64,000 nt of DNA from Candidatus Omnitrophota bacterium (GTDB taxonomy: Bacteria > Omnitrophota > Gorgyraeia > Zapsychrales > JANLHA01). The stretch lies in NCBI GenBank assembly GCA_020632535.1, contig JACKFJ010000006.1, positions 28,866-92,865 on the forward strand, read 5' to 3'. Below, one piece after another: positions 37,273 through 46,607 of this stretch (position 1 is the first letter of the stretch; every line of letters starts with the position of its first letter). The notes beneath the pieces are model-generated. The model did no database searches and had not been told where the DNA came from. It saw nothing but the letters and a program-made list of their open reading frames with translations. A program made the position numbers and the translations under genes.

Positions 37273-37830
37273 TTATTCGCTGTCTGGTAAATAAGCTTTA
37301 ATGATTTTTTGTTCTTCGAGTGGTCGATTATTGGGATCTCTTGGTGTATTGATGATTCTTTCTACAACGTCCATTCCTGAAACAACTTCACCAAAGATGG
37401 TATGTCGACCGTCTAAATGTGAAGCTTTTGCGACGGTAATAAAAAATTGGCTTCCGTTTGTTCCCGGACCAGCATTTGCCATGGCCAAGATTCCCGGCTT
37501 GTTAAATTGAACTTTGTTTGAGAATTCATCCTCAAATTTACCGCCCCAGATACTTTGGCCACCGGCGCCGGTTCCGGTTGGGTCTCCACCTTGAATCATA
37601 AATCCGGGGATGACACGATGAAAAATCAAGCCATTGTAGTAACCTTTTTTAATAAGTCCTAAGAAATTTTCACACGTTTTTGGAGCAACATTTGGATAAA
37701 GTTTAAGTTCGATTGTTCCTTCATTAGTTAAGAGAAACACAGTTTCCTCCATTTTGGCAGCATTTGTTGTGCTGGTGGAAAGTAAAATTAAACTAAAAAT
37801 AAGCATTAATCTTTTGAGTGAAAACCACAT
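37273..37830 (-). CDS. ppiB: secreted cyclophilin-type peptidyl-prolyl cis-trans isomerase
   Basis: Signal peptide. [34 protein letters not shown]. Confidence 0.9.
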   Translation of the reverse strand: MWFSLKRLMLIFSLILLSTSTTNAAKMEETVFLLTNEGTIELKLYPNVAPKTCENFLGLIKKGYYNGLIFHRVIPGFMIQGGDPTGTGAGGQSIWGGKFEDEFSNKVQFNKPGILAMANAGPGTNGSQFFITVAKASHLDGRHTIFGEVVSGMDVVERIINTPRDPNNRPLEEQKIIKAYLPDSE

Positions 37831-37848
37831 TGCAATTCTCCTTTTAAT

Positions 37849-39084
37849 TTACGGTTCTTCTTTTGGCTTGATTTCTGGCTTGATTTCTTCTGGTGGTTCA
37901 ATTTTAGGTGGATTGATTGGTGGTGGCGCGGGCTTAGAAAGAATATCAGGTGGCAATGTCATCGCGCCATCGGGTGTTTTTTCTGGCTTGAGATTTGGTT
38001 TTTCATCAATCACCAGCTTATCTTCATCAGTGAGCTTCTCAGTGAGCTCCGGCGATTTTTCCAAAGCCGCCTTCTCTTGCGGTGAAAGAGGTAAGGGTGC
38101 CTCCTCCTCCCTCAGCTCTTTAGTGGGCTCTTCCAAAGGTTTTTTGAGTTCATCCAGAAGAGTTGGGGGACGTTTCAATTCGTCGGTCCCTCCCCCCTTC
38201 TCGACGACATTTTCTTCCTGTGAAATAATGATGTTTTCAGAAGATGCGGGAATAGGGTCCAGTGGAGAGCTTTGTGGGAGCATAGTCCCAGTGCGTGGCG
38301 CATCCTTTAAACGAAGAACAAGGTCTTCGATTTTTTGATTTTTCTCCAAAATTTGTAATTCATTAACACGTAGTTTTTCTTCTAATTCTGCCACACGTTT
38401 GCGTGCCAACTGGGTTGAAGCTTGGGCATCGTTGATGGCGGTTTCGGCTACAAGAATGTCGCCTTCCAGATTTTTGACCTTTTCTTCAAGTTGACTAACA
38501 CGCTTGAGTTGAGTCTGGGTATCAGTCTGTGCGGTACTCACGTCACTTTGAAACTGTCGGATTTTGTCCTTACTTTCTTTGAGTTCTTTTTCTAAGATAT
38601 CTTTAACTTTATTAAACTCTTTTTGATTTTTTAATTCATTGTTAAGATTTTTTTCTGATTTTTCAAGATTCAGGCTTTTTTCGGCAAAAAGGGCTTCAAG
38701 TTTAGCATATTGAGCTTTGAGTTCCATATTACTGGCAAGCAGTTCATCATACTTAAGAGAAATTTCACTTTCGGTTTGAGTTGATGTTGTTGGTGGTGGA
38801 GCAACTGGTGGATTTTGCGATGATGCCGTTGAATTTGGGGTTGATTGTCCTTCAGGATTTTTAGCCAGTGTGACTTTTTTAAAAATTTCGGGTAAAGTGA
38901 TGGGAGTTGGCGCTTTGGGGTTTTCGAGGCCGAGACGACCAAGCAAATCTTTAGGTTCAAGTTCTGGTTTTCCCGGTTTTGGGGGTTGATCTGGATTTTC
39001 CTTTTTCTTTTCTTGTATTAAAATCCAAGCGATCGCGCCGACCCCAAGCAAAATAAGTAAAATCAAAATGTAAAATAATGTCAT
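37849..39084 (-). CDS. membrane-anchored proline-rich / coiled-coil protein, function unknown
   Basis: N-terminal TM helix (LILLILLGVGAIAWILI). P/K/E-rich low-complexity ends flank a central heptad-like region of about 200 aa (ELKAQYAKLEALFAEK..). Confidence 0.6.
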   Translation of the reverse strand: MTLFYILILLILLGVGAIAWILIQEKKKENPDQPPKPGKPELEPKDLLGRLGLENPKAPTPITLPEIFKKVTLAKNPEGQSTPNSTASSQNPPVAPPPTTSTQTESEISLKYDELLASNMELKAQYAKLEALFAEKSLNLEKSEKNLNNELKNQKEFNKVKDILEKELKESKDKIRQFQSDVSTAQTDTQTQLKRVSQLEEKVKNLEGDILVAETAINDAQASTQLARKRVAELEEKLRVNELQILEKNQKIEDLVLRLKDAPRTGTMLPQSSPLDPIPASSENIIISQEENVVEKGGGTDELKRPPTLLDELKKPLEEPTKELREEEAPLPLSPQEKAALEKSPELTEKLTDEDKLVIDEKPNLKPEKTPDGAMTLPPDILSKPAPPPINPPKIEPPEEIKPEIKPKEEP

Positions 39085-39104
39085 TTTCGAAAGCCTCTGC
39101 GGTA

Positions 39105-39110
39105 TATAAT
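39105..39110 (+). promoter_or_regulatory. consensus TATAAT box 7 nt upstream of the mocA ATG (possible leaderless mRNA)
   Basis: tataat at 39105-39110, ATG at 39118, no SD in between. The -35 region is weak. Confidence 0.25.
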
Positions 39111-39117
39111 TATTTTT

Positions 39118-39708
39118 ATGATCAGTCTTATCCTTTTGAGTGGTGGTTTAAATTCCCGATTTGGTTCTCCGAAAGCTCTCGCCCCGTGGGGTTCAAAGCC
39201 TCTTATCGCGCATTTGCAAAACACACTTCTTGCGACCAACATCGACGAGATTGTAATTGTTCTTGGCGCATTTGCTGAGGAAATTAAACCGTTCCTATTA
39301 AAGCATAACAAGATTAAGGTTGTCTATAATAAAGATTATAAATTAGGTCAGACATCTTCGTTTAAGGTCGGGTTACAGGCTGTTTCATCGTCGGCAAAAG
39401 TTTTTGCTTTGCTTCCTGTTGATTTTCCCCTTATCAAAGCCGTGACGGTTAATTCTTTGATAGCACATTATCATGAGATTCAGCCGCTCATTTTAGTTCC
39501 ATCGTATAGGGGGAAAAAAGGACACCCGCCATTCTTTGCTGATTCCCTGCGAAAAGAATTTTTTGCTTTGGAAAACGATGCCGGTCTAAACACGATCGCG
39601 CATCACCACGTCAGCGACACTCATTTGTGTGAAGTCGATGATGAAGGAATTTTGCTTTCCTTTAACACGCCGTCCGAAATTCAAAAACTCCGCGAGAAAA
39701 TTATTTAA
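39118..39708 (+). CDS. mocA: molybdenum cofactor cytidylyltransferase (MocA-like nucleotidyltransferase)
   Basis: LILLSGGLNSRFGSPKAL..W NTP_transf_3 motif. Adjacent to the xdh/xdhC genes. Confidence 0.75.
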   Translation: MISLILLSGGLNSRFGSPKALAPWGSKPLIAHLQNTLLATNIDEIVIVLGAFAEEIKPFLLKHNKIKVVYNKDYKLGQTSSFKVGLQAVSSSAKVFALLPVDFPLIKAVTVNSLIAHYHEIQPLILVPSYRGKKGHPPFFADSLRKEFFALENDAGLNTIAHHHVSDTHLCEVDDEGILLSFNTPSEIQKLREKII

Positions 39709-40102
39709 AATTCTCCGTCACGGGTTTGGTATTATTTCCCGAGCTCTCTTCTTGAGGCGTGTCGGTAAAGATGATGACCGTTCCGGTATAGACGGTGCGG
39801 ACATGTGTGATTGGACTGGGTTTGTCTGTTTGAATGATATTGGTAATGGCATCTCCGCCAAGCATCGCCACTTGTCGCTTCATTTTATCAATAACTTCAT
39901 CCATGCTATTGCGACGTTCGGTATTGACGGTGACGTGGCCGATGACTTCATAAGGCACGCTTACGTTTTCGATATAACGAATATCCTTTTTGGCAACTTC
40001 CTTATTGGAAGCTTTTAGGATTTCATTGGCATCGACGGCATAAAAAGTACATCCGGAAGAGATCAGAACGAGTACAGACATCAACAAAAAAATGGTTTTC
40101 AT
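39701..40102 (-). CDS. hypothetical lipoprotein
   Basis: Lipobox LISSGC. 133 aa. Last gene of the Mo-hydroxylase operon. Its 3' end overlaps the convergent mocA by 8 nt. Confidence 0.6.
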   Translation of the reverse strand: MKTIFLLMSVLVLISSGCTFYAVDANEILKASNKEVAKKDIRYIENVSVPYEVIGHVTVNTERRNSMDEVIDKMKRQVAMLGGDAITNIIQTDKPSPITHVRTVYTGTVIIFTDTPQEESSGNNTKPVTENFK

Positions 40103-40121
40103 ATATTCTCCTTAACTTTAA

Positions 40122-42467
40122 CTAAGTTATTGATTGATTATCTTTTAAAGCTTGAATAATTTTAGCCGGAGTGATCGGCAGATCTTTGATTCGGACACCG
40201 CAGGCATCTTCAATGGCGTTAGCAATTGCCGCCGAAGTCGGCAAAAGCGAAGCTTCCCCCATACCCTTTGCGCCAAAAGGCCCTTCTGGATCATCCGTTT
40301 CAATGAGAATAGAATGCATTTCCGGTGTCCCGATAGATCGTGGTACGCGATAGTTTGCAAAATTGGGATTTAGCACGCGGCCGTTTTTAAAACGCAAATC
40401 TTCAGTGAATGTGTAACCAATGCCCATGGCAAGTGATCCTTCAATTTGTGCTTCCACAGATTGTGGATTAATGGCTTTACCGATATCGTGCGCGTCCCAG
40501 ATTTTTAAAATTTTCACCTCACCTGTTTCAATATTGACTTCCACTTCAGCAATTTGAGCCTCAAATCCATAGCTTCCTGACACATTGCCTTCGCCAGTAC
40601 GAAAATCAATTGGCGTTGTCTTGGGATTGTAACTGCCGCGGCCGATAATTTGTTTTCCGTAATTAAAGGAATAACAAAGTTCAAGGGCTTTATCAAAATT
40701 CATCAATACCGTTTTATCTTTCGTGTTTAAAACCTCCTCTCCGATGAGGTCAAGGTCAGTCAAGGCGATTTTCAATTCTTGAGCAACGATTTCGAGAATT
40801 TGCATTTTGGCATCTTGACCGGCGCGCAATGCGGCATTTCCGGAAATAAAAGTAACGCGGCTAGCAAAACTGCCGGTATCAAAAGGTGTGATTTCGGTGT
40901 CCCCAGATTTGCATTTGATACGTTCATATTTGACACCCAAGGCGTGAGCCGCGATTTGAGAAAGCGCGGTGTTCGATCCTTGTCCTGTGTCCGCGGCGCC
41001 GGTGAAAAGATAAACTGACCCATCTTCTTCCACTTTAACAATGGCGCCGGCACTTTCATGCGATTTGTACATTTTGGAACCCATTACGTCGGCCGCAATC
41101 CCAATCCCAATGCCTCGTCGTAAAATACCGGATTTGTGATAACTTTGATTGCCGCGTTTGTGTGTCCATTCTGACGCGACCGCGGCTTTTTCGATGCATT
41201 CCTTTAGACCATTGGTTGTCAGAAACATTTTGTTGACTGTGACCATGTTCGGGGTGGTGATGTTTTTTAAGCGAAATTCGATGGGGTCAAGCCCAAGATC
41301 TTTGGCGAGCAAATCCATGTGCGATTCAATGGCAAACCCAGATTGTACGCCGCCAAATCCGCGCATCGCGCCGCTAATAGGCGTGTTGGTATAAACTCGA
41401 TATCCGTTAATGCGAAAATGTTGAATTTTATAAACCATGAAAATTCGCATAATGGCCGCGGCCATAACAGTTGGGCCATAACTGCAATACGCTCCACCGT
41501 CCGCGATGACTTCGCCGGTCATGCCGGTTAAGAGGCCGTCTTTAGTGACCCCAGTTTTGACTTTGTAATACATGGCATGTTTACGGCGCGAGAAAGAAAA
41601 TTCTTCTTCACGGTTATAACAAATCTTTACAGGTAAGCCGCCAGCCTTTTTGGATAATAGGCAGGATGCAAAATCCATCGGGAGCATTTCGAGTTTTCCG
41701 CCGAAACCGCCGCCAACCGCAAGTTTAATGACGCGAATATCGTTTAAATCCATTTTTAATGTTTTTGCCAAAGCTTCACGACATTTAAATGGCGCTTGGC
41801 TCGACGCCCACAACGTGATTTTATTTGAAAATGTTTCCCATTGTCCTACGCAAACATGCGGTTCAAGCGCGGCCATAGCGGCGGCGGACGCATAAAACTT
41901 ATCTTCACGGACTAAAAATGATTCTTTGAATGCGCGTTCAGGGTTTCCAAAATTAACTGGCAGAATAACGCCGATATTGTTCATCGCATCATGAATTTGC
42001 GGTGCGCCCGGCTTCATGGCTTCCAAGACATCCGTGACCGACGGCAATTGTTCATACTCAACTTCGATCAATTCCAAAGCGGCCAACGCGGTTTCTTCAT
42101 CAACGGCTGCTACCGCACCAATTTCATCGCCGATGTAGCGGACTTTTTCGGATTCGAGCGCCATTTGATCAACCGTGTGCGGAAAGAAATATTCATTGGA
42201 ACCATATTTGATATTGTAAGTGTCTTTGGCGGTGATGATGGCGCGGACACCGGCAAGTGCTTCGGCCTTGGATGTATCAATTCTTAAAATGCGGGCATGC
42301 GGATGGGGACTGCGAATCATTTTTCCGATGAGCATATTTGGAAAACTGACGTCAAAAACATATTTGGTCTGGCCTGTTACAATTCCTTTACCGTCGATGC
42401 GAGGCACACTTTTTCCGACCGGATTGAGATTGATTTGGTTTTGAGAAGAATTGGTTGAAATACTCAT
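40122..42467 (-). CDS. xanthine dehydrogenase family molybdopterin-binding large subunit
   Basis: 781 aa. GGGFGGK, the a/b-hammerhead region, and C-terminal GAKGMGE. Confidence 0.9.
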   Translation of the reverse strand: MSISTNSSQNQINLNPVGKSVPRIDGKGIVTGQTKYVFDVSFPNMLIGKMIRSPHPHARILRIDTSKAEALAGVRAIITAKDTYNIKYGSNEYFFPHTVDQMALESEKVRYIGDEIGAVAAVDEETALAALELIEVEYEQLPSVTDVLEAMKPGAPQIHDAMNNIGVILPVNFGNPERAFKESFLVREDKFYASAAAMAALEPHVCVGQWETFSNKITLWASSQAPFKCREALAKTLKMDLNDIRVIKLAVGGGFGGKLEMLPMDFASCLLSKKAGGLPVKICYNREEEFSFSRRKHAMYYKVKTGVTKDGLLTGMTGEVIADGGAYCSYGPTVMAAAIMRIFMVYKIQHFRINGYRVYTNTPISGAMRGFGGVQSGFAIESHMDLLAKDLGLDPIEFRLKNITTPNMVTVNKMFLTTNGLKECIEKAAVASEWTHKRGNQSYHKSGILRRGIGIGIAADVMGSKMYKSHESAGAIVKVEEDGSVYLFTGAADTGQGSNTALSQIAAHALGVKYERIKCKSGDTEITPFDTGSFASRVTFISGNAALRAGQDAKMQILEIVAQELKIALTDLDLIGEEVLNTKDKTVLMNFDKALELCYSFNYGKQIIGRGSYNPKTTPIDFRTGEGNVSGSYGFEAQIAEVEVNIETGEVKILKIWDAHDIGKAINPQSVEAQIEGSLAMGIGYTFTEDLRFKNGRVLNPNFANYRVPRSIGTPEMHSILIETDDPEGPFGAKGMGEASLLPTSAAIANAIEDACGVRIKDLPITPAKIIQALKDNQSIT

Positions 42468-42472
42468 AATTT

Positions 42473-43030
42473 TTATTTAGGCAAATTGAGAAATTCTTCG
42501 TACGTTAGACCTTTGGCCATTGTGGATTTGAATTTATCTTTTTTCTCATCGATTTCCTTGACGGCTTCGCCGCGTTTCATGATTTCACCCGCTTTATAGA
42601 CCGCATCAAATATTTTAGGATATCCCGCGCAGCGGCAAATGTTCCCATCGAGTGCGTATTCGATATCTTCTTGAGTTGGCGTAGGATTTTTATCAAGCAA
42701 GGCTTTGGATGACATGATCATCCCAGGAATGCAAAAACCGCATTGCACCGCGCCGTAATCGACATACGCTTGCTGAACCGGATGCAAATGATCGCCAATA
42801 GCGAGTCCTTCGATTGTCGTGACTTCTTCCCCCTCAATGTCAGCGGCGAGCGTGATGCAGGACAATATGGCTTTTCCGTTAATGTTGACCGTGCATGTGC
42901 CACATTCGCTTTCTTCACACGCGGTCTTAGTGCCGGTCAGAGAAAGTTTATCACGCAGGACTTCAAGTAAAGTTTCATGACCTTTTAAATCGAGCACATA
43001 TTCTTTTTTATTAATGATGAGTTTTGTCAT
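42473..43030 (-). CDS. [2Fe-2S]-binding small subunit of the Mo hydroxylase
   Basis: CEESECGTCTV plus the QCGFCIPG..CRCAGY motifs. Has an extra C-terminal tail of about 30 aa. Confidence 0.9.
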   Translation of the reverse strand: MTKLIINKKEYVLDLKGHETLLEVLRDKLSLTGTKTACEESECGTCTVNINGKAILSCITLAADIEGEEVTTIEGLAIGDHLHPVQQAYVDYGAVQCGFCIPGMIMSSKALLDKNPTPTQEDIEYALDGNICRCAGYPKIFDAVYKAGEIMKRGEAVKEIDEKKDKFKSTMAKGLTYEEFLNLPK

Positions 43031-43878
43031 TTTGTTTTCTCAACAATTTCTTGAATGGCGTTTTTGATACTGATACGAAACATATGTTTTTTATAATCGT
43101 CGCTGCGTTTATCATAAATTTCGGTATCGAGATGGTCAAGCGCATCTGTTCCCAATTTTACGTGGCTGCTTTGTGTATTTAAGTAATCTTCAAGCTTACG
43201 GTCTCTTTGCGCGAAAGCTGTTGCATTATTGACGGTCACGCGTGTTCTGGTAAATTTCTTGTTTTGTAAGTGTGTTTGTATACAGACAGCTAAAAGTGGA
43301 ATGTCGACGTTGGCAGATTTTTTGACTCGGCGATAAACCGTAGTCGCGCTTTTGTCAATCGGAATTGAAACATGTGACAGAATTTTATCGGATTTAGCTG
43401 CGTTCTTAAAGAAATCCTCTGCTTGGACAATTTCTTCTTTTCCGTCCTGATCGATAAAATGCATATTGGCTTCAAGTGCCACCATCACACAACCCATTTC
43501 GGTCCAAGTATAGCGGCATGTCAAATTGCCGCCAACGGTGGCCATATTGCGAATCGGATTCGTTGAGATATTTTTACAGACTGTGCGCAGAATGGCTGTA
43601 TTGTCTTTCAGTAGTGGTGAATCAAAAAGGTCATTGATGATGGTCATTGCGCGAATGATGAGTTTATCCTCTTTGATGGCAACACCTTTGAGTTCTTCAA
43701 TTTTACGAAGACTAATCACATGGCTGGGTGTTTTGGAACCTTTGCGTTTCATGAGTTTGAGGCTATTTAAAAGGAAAGTCCCCCCTGCCAGAATGCGAGC
43801 CTCGCCAAGCGTGGCCTGCAATTTAGCCGCTTCAATGGTGGTGCGCGGTGAATGGAACGTTAATGGTCTCAATAACAT
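43027..43878 (-). CDS. FAD-binding medium subunit (CoxM/XdhB-like)
   Basis: FAD_binding_5 pattern ILAGGTFLL..VGGNL. 4-nt overlap with the small subunit gene. Confidence 0.85.
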   Translation of the reverse strand: MLLRPLTFHSPRTTIEAAKLQATLGEARILAGGTFLLNSLKLMKRKGSKTPSHVISLRKIEELKGVAIKEDKLIIRAMTIINDLFDSPLLKDNTAILRTVCKNISTNPIRNMATVGGNLTCRYTWTEMGCVMVALEANMHFIDQDGKEEIVQAEDFFKNAAKSDKILSHVSIPIDKSATTVYRRVKKSANVDIPLLAVCIQTHLQNKKFTRTRVTVNNATAFAQRDRKLEDYLNTQSSHVKLGTDALDHLDTEIYDKRSDDYKKHMFRISIKNAIQEIVEKTK

Positions 43879-43996
43879 AGATGATTTATGTAAAGTGATG
43901 AATTAGTAAATTGAATTAGTCTTTATGTTAGCAGAAAGGCTTATTTTGACAAGAAAATTTTCCCTTGGTGTTTTTGACATGGACGGGAAAAAGAAG

Positions 43997-45856
43997 TTAC
44001 TTCTGTAAGTCTTTATGTTGTGTCAGATCATCAATAGCGATTTCGACAACGGCCAAATCCCAGCCATGCGAAGCGATTTCATGTTTTAATTTTTCGGGAG
44101 ATGTTTGGCTTAGAATATTATTTCTTTGCAAATAGTCTTTGAGAATATTGAGATTAAAAAGTTGATGGACTGTCAGTTTCCATCGTAAAAGTCTCTCGTC
44201 GTCTTTTTTATTGATAATAAAAGCGACCGCGGCAAATGCAAATGGCAAAAGCAGAATCACGATTGAACCATAAAACTGTGCTGCGGGTGAATGACCCAGC
44301 AGATACGCGGACGATCCCCAAAATACGTCGAAAAGATAATGCGCTGTTATGACAGAGAGAATGCCGAAACGTAGATATACATATGACAAGAACAATCCCA
44401 TACATGTTACTTCCAGTCCGCGAAACCACATCGGAAACACAAGATAACCACTATGGCCATAACCCCAAATTACTGAGGCGACGAGACACGCAAGAAAAGT
44501 GTTTTTGAGAAACTTTTTGCCGATATTAATACCAAATAAACGAAAGCAAATTTCTTCAGAAAATCCGGCTGTGGTGCCGAGGACAAAAGCCGCCAAGAAC
44601 GGTAAATAACTACTCGACAATTGTGCCATCCAGCTGTATTGGATCCAGACGCCTAAATATTTTTGTCCAAGATAAAATGCTGTAGATTGAATGCCGATCA
44701 TGATGATGGCGGCAAGATATCCGATCATAATCATGCTGGCGGCATTACGAGAGAAAAAGGTTGAACGTATATAATGAAGAAACGCCCCTTCCTTCTTTTC
44801 CGGAAAAACTTCGCGATGCATGGATTCTCCAGCAAGGCACGGCATGAGAATTGTCAAAACCGCGATAAAGGTATCCATAAGTGTGGACACAATATGTCGC
44901 CAGAGATAGGAATTCATGGGTGTGGTCGTCGGATAATTATAAAGAATGCTTTGGAATTCATTGAAATAGGAAGCGATGTGGACTACAAATATTCCGGCTG
45001 TCAGTATGATGACAAACTTTTTGACCGAATGCATGACAAGATCATTGCGGCGAACCACGACATAAAAGATGGAAGCTGTTAGAAGTATATAAAACGTGAT
45101 ACGAAACAAGAGTGAAAGATTGCGGCCGACATTTTGAATGCGATCCATGTGGCGATAATACTGATCGGGAATTTTGAAATTGTATTTGTAAAAACTTAAT
45201 ATTTCATCACCACTGACGGTTACGCCATTGCTGAGGATAGCCCACCCCGTGTCTGGTTCTTTGCTCCAAGGGATTTTTGTCTTATTTTTTTCCCATGAAA
45301 AGAAATAATCTGTTCTGTGTTGATACTTTTGTGAATTATTGGTATGGGGTGAATAATTATTAAGATCAAAATCAAATTTTGCTTTTAAAAATGTGATGGC
45401 TTTTTGGCGAGCTTCGTCTTCGGTTTGGTCTGGTTTGAATGTGCTATCATCGATCACATGGCGGTAGCCAGTGATTTCACCTGTCCCGGCGCTAACACCA
45501 ACACGATATTCTTCTTTATGGTTTTCTTTAAAAAAGCGAATTGTCCAGAAAAAAAGTTCGAAATCATGTTTTTTAAAGAATTCGAGTTCTTTTTCAAATC
45601 CGATTGCTTGTTGTAAATATTGATCCGCGCCGTTAAGACTACTAAAGTTGACAGCATAACGAAATTTTGCCAGCTCTTGGGGCTGAACATTCATCTCAGT
45701 AATGAGGTAATCTGAGGCTAAGTTAATGGCTTGGGGACGTCCAATGGACAAATTGATAAATGACAATTGCGGCGCTGTGAATTTTTGCCAAGCGACAACA
45801 GATAAAAAACTTAAACCTAAGAATATAATCCAAGTTTTTTTTGATATGTTTGTCAT
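43997..45856 (-). CDS. CPBP (CAAX) family intramembrane glutamic endopeptidase with a large N-terminal extracytoplasmic domain
   Basis: Motifs SEEICFRLFG, WGYGHSG and ITAHYLFD lie in the C-terminal polytopic half. Confidence 0.75.
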   Translation of the reverse strand: MTNISKKTWIIFLGLSFLSVVAWQKFTAPQLSFINLSIGRPQAINLASDYLITEMNVQPQELAKFRYAVNFSSLNGADQYLQQAIGFEKELEFFKKHDFELFFWTIRFFKENHKEEYRVGVSAGTGEITGYRHVIDDSTFKPDQTEDEARQKAITFLKAKFDFDLNNYSPHTNNSQKYQHRTDYFFSWEKNKTKIPWSKEPDTGWAILSNGVTVSGDEILSFYKYNFKIPDQYYRHMDRIQNVGRNLSLLFRITFYILLTASIFYVVVRRNDLVMHSVKKFVIILTAGIFVVHIASYFNEFQSILYNYPTTTPMNSYLWRHIVSTLMDTFIAVLTILMPCLAGESMHREVFPEKKEGAFLHYIRSTFFSRNAASMIMIGYLAAIIMIGIQSTAFYLGQKYLGVWIQYSWMAQLSSSYLPFLAAFVLGTTAGFSEEICFRLFGINIGKKFLKNTFLACLVASVIWGYGHSGYLVFPMWFRGLEVTCMGLFLSYVYLRFGILSVITAHYLFDVFWGSSAYLLGHSPAAQFYGSIVILLLPFAFAAVAFIINKKDDERLLRWKLTVHQLFNLNILKDYLQRNNILSQTSPEKLKHEIASHGWDLAVVEIAIDDLTQHKDLQK

Positions 45857-45860
45857 GAGT

Positions 45861-46607
45861 TTAGAGAAGGTGGATTATTTCTTTGGGTAATCTTTTTAAT
45901 TCACTGGCGCCGAGAATTTTAACTGACCAACGCAGGATTTTGAGTTTTTCAGATAATCTGGCATTGGGTTCGGTGACGTTCTTTAAAGTATTGCGAGATA
46001 AAAAAAGTACTTTTCGTAACGTGTTAAAAATAATTCGGGCGTCACGTTTACTACCCTTGCCTTTGGCAATGATATCCATAATTGCTTTGGATGCCATTTG
46101 CGTGATGGCGTCATTGTAATGATCAAGTTTGAGAATCAAGGCGGGAATCATGGCATCAAAATATTTGTATCGGTCTAGGAGACATAGTGTGTGCATAATT
46201 TCCACATCGACAAACGCTGAATTTGAGCGGCTGATCAGTCGAATAAGAGCATGCTCGACTAATACTTTTTCACGACCGGCGGTGGTGAGACAATATTTTT
46301 CTTTAAAAACTCGAACTGCCGCGGCACTTTGATAAGGGCTTAGTGTTTCATCTTTGATACGGCCGAGGATTGCTTCTTTTGATTCATCACGATATTCTTT
46401 GGTGTATCCTGCCAAAATTTGGGCGTCATCAAAAATACCTTGGTTACCCGGTTCATCAGCGGCAAAACTGCAAAAAGATACAGAAAGAATAAATGCGGTT
46501 AGAAATAAAATAATGCCATTGCGCGGAACAAAGTAACGATGTAATCGTAAGGACAGATTGCTTCGTCGCCTTGCGGGCTTTTCGTGCTGGTGAGCGCGGG
46601 AAATCAT
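45861..46607 (-). CDS. hypothetical secreted alpha-helical protein
   Basis: Signal-like segment ILFLTAFILSVSFCSFA. No motif recognised. ATGA coupling to nadC upstream. Confidence 0.5.
   Translation of the reverse strand: MISRAHQHEKPARRRSNLSLRLHRYFVPRNGIILFLTAFILSVSFCSFAADEPGNQGIFDDAQILAGYTKEYRDESKEAILGRIKDETLSPYQSAAAVRVFKEKYCLTTAGREKVLVEHALIRLISRSNSAFVDVEIMHTLCLLDRYKYFDAMIPALILKLDHYNDAITQMASKAIMDIIAKGKGSKRDARIIFNTLRKVLFLSRNTLKNVTEPNARLSEKLKILRWSVKILGASELKRLPKEIIHLL

Noticed and set aside
37754-38338. 194-aa + strand ORF (S/G-rich) antisense to the coiled-coil protein gene
   Set aside because: It is a low-complexity shadow of the E/K/P-rich codons on the other strand, and it crosses the ppiB/coiled-coil intergenic gap without a start context.
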